From the UHGV virus genome UHGV-0332176: 64,000 bases of DNA, one strand, 5' to 3'. The DNA is from a virus. Below, one piece after another: positions 1 through 6,682 of this stretch (position 1 is its first letter; the number at the start of each line of letters is the position of its first letter). The notes beneath the pieces are model-generated. The model saw nothing but the letters and a program-made list of their open reading frames with translations, was not told the origin of the DNA and searched no databases. The position numbers and the translations under genes are program-made.

Positions 1-623
1 AATTCAAATTTATTTTCTTTATCATAAAAATCATTATTATTAAAATCCTCAATGGATAAAATTGAATTTTCTAAAAATTGTTTATCATCATCATTATGAT
101 TATATTTAGAATGATACATTAATGGTGTACCTGTTAAAGTTATTTTTTTTAAATATTCAGAATTTAAATCAATTGTACGAAATTGTTTATTTAATTCTGT
201 TTGCTTTGTAGGATTAATTTCTCCACCATATTTTTTAAAAGCATCAGCAAATGTTATGGGTTTTTCTTTCTTTTTAATTTTTTTTAAAATTTTTTTTGTA
301 AAATCTTTAACTTTTGAAAAGAAAATATCTAATTTTTTATTATTTTTTGAAATTTTATTAATTGGATTTTTAAAATTAGAATTTTGATAATATTTTTCTA
401 ACGCATCCATAACATCATTATTAATATAATTTGTTATAATATCATTTGAAATACCTGAATTTACAATTTGTTCATATTCTATATTCTCTTTAATAGACTG
501 CGGTGATACTCCTGAATTATATAAAATTTTTGCAATAAGTTGAAGAAATTCATTTTTATATTTCTTCCATATTTTATCATCATTTTTATACATATTTTTA
601 TATACTTTAAATAAACTAAACAT
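1..623 (-). CDS. Hypothetical protein, partial (C-terminal part runs off the window start)
   Basis: ATG at 623-621 preceded by strong RBS (minus strand ...TTAAGGAGAGATAAAAAATG); long open frame to position 1; no complete ORF listed here on either strand. Confidence 0.5.
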   Translation of the reverse strand, partial: MFSLFKVYKNMYKNDDKIWKKYKNEFLQLIAKILYNSGVSPQSIKENIEYEQIVNSGISNDIITNYINNDVMDALEKYYQNSNFKNPINKISKNNKKLDIFFSKVKDFTKKILKKIKKKEKPITFADAFKKYGGEINPTKQTELNKQFRTIDLNSEYLKKITLTGTPLMYHSKYNHNDDDKQFLENSILSIEDFNNNDFYDKENKFE

Positions 624-813
624 TTTTTATCTCTCCTTAAAAAGTTAATAAGCAAAGTTAAACTTTTTACTCGTAAAAGTTAAATTTTAAATCTAACTTT
701 GCTCAATTAGTTTATTTAGTATAATAAATAGGAAAAAATTAATCAAAATAAAAAATAGTATTTTTTACTTCTATTTTTGCAAGTATATTGGGGAAATTAA
801 ATCAAAGATAAAA

Positions 814-900
814 TGGTGGGCATACCGAGAGTCGAACTCGGATGAGGATACCCCCGACAGATTTTAAGTCTGTTGCGTCTACCAATTCCGCCATACGCCC
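814..900 (-). tRNA. tRNA-Leu (anticodon TAA), type II with long variable arm, CCA encoded
   Basis: Reverse complement folds as a cloverleaf: acceptor GGGCGTA..., D-arm with GG, anticodon stem-loop ACAGA-CTTAAAA-TCTGT (anticodon UAA), long variable arm CGGGGGTATCCTCATCCG, T-arm GAGTTCGACTCTC, 3' ...CCCACCA. Confidence 0.8.
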
Positions 901-910
901 TTAATAATTT

Positions 911-918
911 TATTTATA
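911..918 (-). promoter_or_regulatory. T4-late-type promoter core TATAAATA (minus strand), 10 nt upstream of tRNA-Leu 5' end
   Basis: Plus-strand tatttata = minus TATAAATA, followed by AAAATTATTAA. The same extended motif (TTAATAATTTTATTTAT) precedes the second tRNA cluster at 3532-3549. Confidence 0.45.
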
Positions 919-1138
919 TTATATTTAAATATTATTATCAATATATTATAAATCACTTCTGCTCTGCAAAAACATTTTTGCTTGTATATTTAAATTATCA
1001 TCCTTATTTAACTGCTACCTCAATTAACGGACATATTATTTGCAAGAGTAATTAATCCTTGGAAAATAAATGGTAGCTTTATTTCTGTAACTAATTACTG
1101 TGATTACCTCTACGTTCATATATATAACATTATATTTT

Positions 1139-1669
1139 TTAATTGTCAATACTTTTTTTATTATTTTTTTTACTTACTAATTTATTTAAAAATTTCATTA
1201 ATTGTTGTTTATCACAATCCATTAAATCGTTAAAATTTTTATAACTCATATGATTAAGTAAATCGTGATAACATCCTTCACAAACCTCTATTCCAAATAA
1301 ATCAAATAAAGGTTCATCATCTTCATTCGGACATAAAAAACATCTTCCTTTTTTATTTAAATTATCTTTTTCATAAACAGTCTTTGTAAATAAATTTAAA
1401 AATTTATTAAACATTGATTTTTTCTCCTCTTTTACTTGATTCCATTCTTGAATATTACGATTATAATATTCAGTATCTGATTTATTTAATTGATTTGTAT
1501 ATATTTTAAAATTACAATCATTACAAATAGTATATGTATAAGCTAATGCTTTTTCAGGTTGCTGATAACATAAAGCTACAATTAAATCAATACCTGACCC
1601 AAAACCTAAATTTGTTGACCCACATTTAGGACAAGGTTTATATGGATAGATGTTACTATAATTATTCAT
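1139..1669 (-). CDS. Zinc-ribbon protein with four CxxC pairs; hypothetical
   Basis: 176 aa; CPKCG...CNDC...CFLCP...CEGC. Minus-strand TATAAT and GGAG RBS upstream of ATG at 1669. Confidence 0.6.
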   Translation of the reverse strand: MNNYSNIYPYKPCPKCGSTNLGFGSGIDLIVALCYQQPEKALAYTYTICNDCNFKIYTNQLNKSDTEYYNRNIQEWNQVKEEKKSMFNKFLNLFTKTVYEKDNLNKKGRCFLCPNEDDEPLFDLFGIEVCEGCYHDLLNHMSYKNFNDLMDCDKQQLMKFLNKLVSKKNNKKSIDN

Positions 1670-1713
1670 TAAAAATCTCCATAAATTATATATGGAGATT
1701 ACACTATATTTAA

Positions 1714-2550
1714 TTATTTGTCAACAATTTTTTCTTCCGTTTTTTTATTCCATAAACCTTTTGCTTTTCTTTCTGCAAACGTTTCTTTAACAAAATGTTT
1801 AGAAATTTCATTTTCATAAATTTCTTTTTCTTGTTCATAATTATTAATTCTTTCATTTGCCATATCAATATATTCTTGTGAATTATCAATACCAATATAA
1901 TTATGATTAAGAAATTTACAAGCTATCGCTGTTGTTCCTGAACCTATATATGGGTCAATAATTAATTTATTTGTTTCATTATCCAGTATAGAATATATGC
2001 ATCTTAATGGAATTTGTAATGGAAAAGGTGCAGGATGATTTGACTTTTTTTCTGGTGATATTTCCCATACTGATGTTAGTAATGAATGTTTTGATTTCAT
2101 TTCTGAACCAATTAAATTATTATTAATTGGTTTATATAGCCAATAAATTCGTTCTTCTATTTGCCAAAATCTATAACCTCTAATATTAGATGCTATTTTT
2201 CTATTCCAAATAATTTCTTGTCGTATTGTCCAATCAGTTTTTCTTAACCAATCCATTGGATGAATCATATACCCTTTATCCCATCTTAATTTATGATTAT
2301 AAAAAAATGAACCGCCAGGTTTTATTATTCTATATAATTCATTTAATACTTTAATTTGTAATTCTTGATAATTATTTTCAGGCATTGAATCATTATAAGA
2401 ATTGTATTGAACATCTTTAACTAACCAACCTTTATTTTTTTTCCCAAACTTATTATAAGGCGGAGAAGTTATACCCATATCTACACTATTAGAATCAAAT
2501 TGTTTTAATGTTTCTAATGTATCACCAAAATATATTTTATTTACATTCAC
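1714..2550 (-). CDS. DNA amino-methyltransferase, beta-class (motif IV SPPY before motif I DPYIGSGTT); likely N4-cytosine (or N6-adenine) MTase
   Basis: DMGITSPPYNK near N-terminus and FxGSGTT AdoMet motif near C-terminus; the order IV->I marks the beta class; SPPY is typical of N4C enzymes. Confidence 0.85.
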   Translation of the reverse strand: MNVNKIYFGDTLETLKQFDSNSVDMGITSPPYNKFGKKNKGWLVKDVQYNSYNDSMPENNYQELQIKVLNELYRIIKPGGSFFYNHKLRWDKGYMIHPMDWLRKTDWTIRQEIIWNRKIASNIRGYRFWQIEERIYWLYKPINNNLIGSEMKSKHSLLTSVWEISPEKKSNHPAPFPLQIPLRCIYSILDNETNKLIIDPYIGSGTTAIACKFLNHNYIGIDNSQEYIDMANERINNYEQEKEIYENEISKHFVKETFAERKAKGLWNKKTEEKIVDK

Positions 2551-3172
2551 TTAAAAGCCTTTCATATAAATCTTTAACAATATAAGATTTATAATATTCT
2601 AATTTAGTTTTTGATGCAATATAAATTAATTCTGCATCATCAATATAAGATTTATAATTAAATTGTAAACTTCGTAAATAATGATTTGGCTTTCTTGGTA
2701 AATGTGAATCACCAAAATAATTATATAACTTATTATAAAAATGTGTTTTTAATTTTGGAGAATCATACTTTATTTTAAAAATATAAATTAATTTTCCATC
2801 TATAAAACCACCTATTAATAATGTTGGATTTTCTTTTAAATGCTTATGGTATCTATCCCAAGTATAATCACTATAAGAACCAGACCCATTTAATTTTTCA
2901 GGTTTTTGCTTGGAAGTATCACAATTACTTAATTTAACTTCACAAAATCCTTCTTCATTTTGTCCATCATATCCTAATTTAGATAATAATGGTTGATAAT
3001 TACATTCATATAAAATAGTTCTTTCACGAGCAGTAGATGAATTTTTATCATTAATAAATTGCTTTATTAATTGTATAATAATTTCTTTATTATTTTCTTT
3101 ATTTAATGTTTGATTAAATTCTTGAATTTTATCAGTTGAATAAAAATATATTAATTTATCTATGATATTCAT
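2537..3172 (-). CDS. Hypothetical protein co-oriented with and overlapping the MTase start by 14 nt; candidate cognate restriction endonuclease (alternatively a small KxNG nucleotidyltransferase)
   Basis: 211 aa. Possible PD-(D/E)xK-like YDGQNEEGFCEVK segment and a KLNG motif. Operon-like overlap with the MTase. No recognisable family. Confidence 0.35.
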   Translation of the reverse strand: MNIIDKLIYFYSTDKIQEFNQTLNKENNKEIIIQLIKQFINDKNSSTARERTILYECNYQPLLSKLGYDGQNEEGFCEVKLSNCDTSKQKPEKLNGSGSYSDYTWDRYHKHLKENPTLLIGGFIDGKLIYIFKIKYDSPKLKTHFYNKLYNYFGDSHLPRKPNHYLRSLQFNYKSYIDDAELIYIASKTKLEYYKSYIVKDLYERLLSECK

Positions 3173-3202
3173 TTAATATCAATAACTCCCACATAAAAAT
3201 TT

Positions 3203-3289
3203 TGGAAGTCTGGACGAGATTCGAACTCGCATCATCTTTTCAGATATACGGTTTTGCAGACCGCTGTATAGCCATTCTACCACCAGACT
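3203..3289 (-). tRNA. tRNA with anticodon GCA (Cys) and U73 discriminator but type-II architecture (17-nt variable arm), CCA encoded
   Basis: RC: AGTCTGG/CCAGACT acceptor, GG in D-loop, anticodon stem-loop GCGGT-CTGCAAA-ACCGT, variable arm ATATCTGAAAAGATGAT, T-arm GCGAG-TTCGAAT-CTCGT, then U-CCA. Confidence 0.6.
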
Positions 3290-3296
3290 TATAAAA

Positions 3297-3371
3297 TGGT
3301 ACGGTAAGTGAGAATCGAACTCACATATTCAGCTTGGAAGGCTGACGTAATAGCCATTATACCATTACCGC
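3297..3371 (-). tRNA. tRNA-Gly (anticodon TCC)
   Basis: RC: GCGGTAA...TTACCGT acceptor (G1-U72 wobble), anticodon stem-loop TCAGC-CTTCCAA-GCTGA, T-arm GTGAG-TTCGATT-CTCAC, ACCA end. Confidence 0.75.
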
Positions 3372-3376
3372 ATTAA

Positions 3377-3451
3377 TGGAGCGACTTGCGAGAATCGAAC
3401 TCACATCTAAACCTTGGCAAGGTCTTGTATTAACCATTATACGAAAGTCGC
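3377..3451 (-). tRNA. tRNA-Gly (anticodon GCC)
   Basis: RC: perfect acceptor GCGACTT/AAGTCGC, D-stem GTAT/ATAC, anticodon stem-loop AGACC-TTGCCAA-GGTTT, T-loop TTCGATT, U73-CCA. Confidence 0.75.
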
Positions 3452-3457
3452 AAATAT

Positions 3458-3531
3458 TGGCAGGAGCATAGGGATTTGAACCCCAACAGACAGTTTTGGA
3501 GACTGTAATGCTACCGTTACATCATACTCCT
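3458..3531 (-). tRNA. tRNA-Trp (anticodon CCA)
   Basis: RC: AGGAGTA/TGCTCCT acceptor, U8, D-stem ATGT/GCAT, anticodon stem-loop ACAGT-CTCCAAA-ACTGT, T-loop TTCAAAT, G73-CCA. Confidence 0.75.
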
Positions 3532-3541
3532 TTAATAATTT

Positions 3542-3549
3542 TATTTATT
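3542..3549 (-). promoter_or_regulatory. Late-type promoter core AATAAATA (minus strand), 10 nt upstream of the tRNA-Trp 5' end; same spacing and flanks as the tRNA-Leu promoter
   Basis: Plus tatttatt; conserved 20-nt context tttaataattttatttat shared with 901-918. Confidence 0.4.
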
Positions 3550-3561
3550 ATAATAATATTT

Positions 3562-4098
3562 TTATTTAATAATATCAATATATTTTTTATTAATTTCTTT
3601 AACAAGCCAAACGTTATTATCAGAAATATAAAATTCAATACCATCAGCTAACATTTGTTTAGCATCAATAGATAAAATAATTGTTTTACCTTTTCTTCTA
3701 TCACCAACTTTTTTAGCTGTTTCAATATCATTTGATAAATGAACATATTGCCTTTTCATAGGTAATAATCCTTTTTTCATAATTGAAGGAATATTACTTT
3801 CTTGTGTTCCGTGATATAAAATAATTGGTGGGATAGATTTCTTAAAATGTATATCTACATCTTTTGTTGTATGTCCTTGATTAGCTCTAATTTTTGTACC
3901 ATCTTCTGATATAGAAAATCGTTTCTTATCATTTGTATCAACAATTTCTTTAATTATATCATAAGATAATTTCATTTCAGAATTATCAATAATATATTGT
4001 ATATCTCCCCATCCTTCTTTATCTAATTTCAATTTAATAATTTCTGGTTTATGGCGTAGAATATAACTCAAATACTTACTAATTTCTATATTATTCAT
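3562..4098 (-). CDS. kptA: RNA 2'-phosphotransferase Tpt1/KptA
   Basis: Near-colinear match to E. coli KptA: SKYLSYILRHKPE, DKKRFS, IRANQGHTT, LYHGT, YVHLS, TAKKVG.RR.G, NNVWL. Confidence 0.9.
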   Translation of the reverse strand: MNNIEISKYLSYILRHKPEIIKLKLDKEGWGDIQYIIDNSEMKLSYDIIKEIVDTNDKKRFSISEDGTKIRANQGHTTKDVDIHFKKSIPPIILYHGTQESNIPSIMKKGLLPMKRQYVHLSNDIETAKKVGDRRKGKTIILSIDAKQMLADGIEFYISDNNVWLVKEINKKYIDIIK

Positions 4099-4114
4099 AA
4101 TATATACCTATAAA

Positions 4115-4155
4115 AAAAATAATGAGTGATTCCTAAATAGTTAGGATTAAATCTG
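4115..4155. terminator. Compound stem-loop between convergent/tandem minus-strand genes
   Basis: tgagtga...tcactca outer stem with inner tcctaa/ttagga stem. Confidence 0.3.
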
Positions 4156-4174
4156 TCACTCACAGATTATAATA

Positions 4175-4414
4175 TTATTTTACACCAACAACTTCACGAT
4201 AATCTACAATGTCAGCGTCTTTAACATTTGGTACTTCATTATCTGTATAAATAGTTGCTTCTAGTAATGGACCAAAATTATTAGTATGAGCATTATAATA
4301 TGCAGAATATGCAATACCTTTTTTCTTCAATACAAGCATTGTTTTAGGACGTGTCCAATCAGCATTGCTTTTACCAATTTCACTCAATAATTTTTCTTTT
4401 ACTTCTTCAGTCAT
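4175..4414 (-). CDS. Hypothetical protein (79 aa)
   Basis: Intact ORF in tight minus-strand gene array. Confidence 0.55.
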   Translation of the reverse strand: MTEEVKEKLLSEIGKSNADWTRPKTMLVLKKKGIAYSAYYNAHTNNFGPLLEATIYTDNEVPNVKDADIVDYREVVGVK

Positions 4415-4426
4415 TTTATTCCTCTC

Positions 4427-4666
4427 TTATTTTGATATTTTAATATTTTCTTTTAAAAAACCTGTTACAAATCCTAAAAATGCTCCCACTTGAAACATAG
4501 TAACATTTGTAATACCTAATTGGGCTAAAATTCCAAGAATTGTATCTTCAAATGCAAGTCCAACAATCCAACCTGCAACTCCACCAAAAAATGTTGAAGC
4601 AATACAAGAAACTACAATTAGTATTGGAGTTAAAATAGCAAATAAAACAATCATCATTTTATTCAT
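4427..4666 (-). CDS. Small membrane protein (2 predicted TM helices)
   Basis: Hydrophobic 79-aa ORF; 4-nt overlap with upstream gene. Confidence 0.55.
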   Translation of the reverse strand: MNKMMIVLFAILTPILIVVSCIASTFFGGVAGWIVGLAFEDTILGILAQLGITNVTMFQVGAFLGFVTGFLKENIKISK

Positions 4667-5145
4667 TTTCTTTTAACCTTTTCTGTTACGACAAATGAAG
4701 TTGCTGTTTCAGTAATAACTTCATCTGTTTCCTGAACAATAAATCCTTTAAATTTAATATTATAAATGGTTTCATTTTTTTTAAATAGTTTTCCTTTTTT
4801 AGTTTCCTTAACTATAGAAGCTACTTCATCTTTATATTTGTAGTTTTCAATTATGTCAAGCATTTTTTTAAGTTTTGGATTTGAATTTAATTCAGTTTCA
4901 TCAATTTTAATTTCAACTACATTTTCAAGAATAGAACGAGCAAAATAATAACCATTAATTATTTCACATTTTTTTCCTTTAAAATAAAAGATAGGTGATT
5001 CATTATCTGTTGGAATATGAACAATATCTGCTTTATAAACTTCATATCTCCACCCAATTTTAGAATAAAATTTGTGAATATTTTCATTCCAAATCACTTC
5101 ATATGAAGGAGTTTTTGCTTCACAATCTTTAATTATCCAAACCAT
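4663..5145 (-). CDS. Hypothetical protein (160 aa)
   Basis: Intact ORF, operon-like spacing. Confidence 0.6.
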   Translation of the reverse strand: MVWIIKDCEAKTPSYEVIWNENIHKFYSKIGWRYEVYKADIVHIPTDNESPIFYFKGKKCEIINGYYFARSILENVVEIKIDETELNSNPKLKKMLDIIENYKYKDEVASIVKETKKGKLFKKNETIYNIKFKGFIVQETDEVITETATSFVVTEKVKRK

Positions 5146-5148
5146 TAA

Positions 5149-5442
5149 TTATTCTCCCAAATCATTGAAAGTTAATACACGATTAATATATCTTTCTAAT
5201 GGAACATATGAACCATCTTTCATTTGAATTAAACATTCAGAAAAAATTGGACGTTTTGTATTTTTTTCATATGTGTAACCAGTATAAGCACAAGATACTT
5301 TATCAACCATAAAATTTCCAAAACCAACAAGGCAAAGTAATGCAAGAACAGCAATTACACTAATTTTAAAATCACGTTTAGTAAATATGTCATCATCTTC
5401 CCAATCTTCTTCAATTTTTTTTCTCAAAAACCAATCAAACAT
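5149..5442 (-). CDS. Hypothetical membrane-anchored protein (97 aa)
   Basis: One central TM segment (ISVIAVLALLCLVGFGNF). Confidence 0.55.
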   Translation of the reverse strand: MFDWFLRKKIEEDWEDDDIFTKRDFKISVIAVLALLCLVGFGNFMVDKVSCAYTGYTYEKNTKRPIFSECLIQMKDGSYVPLERYINRVLTFNDLGE

Positions 5443-5830
5443 TTTCTTTACCTTTCTTTTTCAAAGTTGCACATTTCATAAATTCTTCATAAGTTGAATT
5501 CAATTTACCATTATAAAATTTTCGTGCCACATAATCAGATGTAAATGGTGATTTAAAAATACTTTTAAATACATCTTTAATCTGATTCAATGTTTCAGGA
5601 AAACCTACCATTATAACAGATGGAATAAACATCAAAGTCACCCATAATAGTAATAATGGTGTATACCAATGCTCAATTTCTAAATGTTCATCTTTTACAT
5701 AATAACGGTATTTTATCATACCATATCTAAATTTCCTTAAAGGAAATAATTTTTTATGGTCTTTCATTGATAAAGAATATTCATCATATCCTTTTTCTAA
5801 TAACGGAATATACTTATATTCTTTACCCAT
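5435..5830 (-). CDS. Hypothetical membrane protein (131 aa)
   Basis: TM segment WYTPLLLLWVTLMFIPSVIMVGF; 8-nt overlap with the next gene. Confidence 0.55.
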   Translation of the reverse strand: MGKEYKYIPLLEKGYDEYSLSMKDHKKLFPLRKFRYGMIKYRYYVKDEHLEIEHWYTPLLLLWVTLMFIPSVIMVGFPETLNQIKDVFKSIFKSPFTSDYVARKFYNGKLNSTYEEFMKCATLKKKGKENV

Positions 5831-5832
5831 TT

Positions 5833-6063
5833 TTAATTTCCTTCTTTTTTGTCAAGTGTAAAATATCTCTTTAAATCAAATCCTTTTAGAGATGGCATAT
5901 AATAACCATCTTTACCAGTATTTTTTACTCGGTATGTATTACCAGAAACGTCTTGCATCCATATACTTTTTTCAGTTACTTTAGTGACTGTTCTGGTGCT
6001 TATTACTCTATCAGACCAATCGTGATGACTTGAAAATGTATCTCCAACTTTAACTTCAACCAT
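5833..6063 (-). CDS. Hypothetical protein (76 aa)
   Basis: Intact ORF. Confidence 0.5.
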   Translation of the reverse strand: MVEVKVGDTFSSHHDWSDRVISTRTVTKVTEKSIWMQDVSGNTYRVKNTGKDGYYMPSLKGFDLKRYFTLDKKEGN

Positions 6064-6147
6064 TTTAATTTCCTTTCATTAAAAATATCATCATTTGATA
6101 TTGGTACTATAACATACAAAAATAACTTGTCAAGAACTTTTTTTAAT

Positions 6148-6681
6148 TTATTTTATATTTAATTTTTCTTTTATTTCTTCCCACGACCAAGGTTCATAAT
6201 TATGTGTATCAACCCCAATATCCATACAATTGATATTTTGATGTGGCATTAATTTCGTAAAATCAGCTAAATTAAATTTTCCGTGAGTATGACCATACAA
6301 ATGAATTGACCCGTGCCAAGCACAATCCCATTCTGCTATTGGATAATGAGATAATATAATTCTATTGTCATCAATAATAATTCGTTTATATGGAACAATT
6401 TCTGCCCATACATTTGATAATTGATGTGGTATAAGTTTATCGTGATTACCAATTATTAAATATTTAATACCATTCATTTTAGAAAATGTTTGTTGGATTT
6501 TATCAGAATTCCAACCCCAACAAACGTCTCCTAAAACATATATAATATCATTTACACCAACTTTTTTATTCCAACGCTTAATAATTTCTTCATTCATTTG
6601 CTGAACAGATGCAAATGGTCTATTTGAATGTCGTATACTATTTGTATGGTCTAAATGTAAATCACTTGTAAAAAATATCAT
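6148..6681 (-). CDS. Calcineurin-like metallophosphoesterase (binuclear-metal phosphatase); candidate RNA end-healing phosphatase
   Basis: Motifs SDLHLDH, GDVCWGW, GNHD, GHTHG. Start chosen at MIFFTSDLH (ATG 6681), giving a TAAAATG stop/start junction with the upstream gene; the ORF-track start at 6744 would overlap that gene by 62 nt. Confidence 0.8.
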   Translation of the reverse strand: MIFFTSDLHLDHTNSIRHSNRPFASVQQMNEEIIKRWNKKVGVNDIIYVLGDVCWGWNSDKIQQTFSKMNGIKYLIIGNHDKLIPHQLSNVWAEIVPYKRIIIDDNRIILSHYPIAEWDCAWHGSIHLYGHTHGKFNLADFTKLMPHQNINCMDIGVDTHNYEPWSWEEIKEKLNIK

Positions 6682-6682
6682 T

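Noticed and set aside
873-1055. 60-aa plus-strand ORF
   Set aside because: Overlaps the tRNA-Leu gene and its promoter region; AT-rich low-complexity translation; no RBS.
1710-1895. 61-aa minus ORF
   Set aside because: Nested in an alternative frame inside the 3' end of the MTase gene; Lys-rich junk translation.
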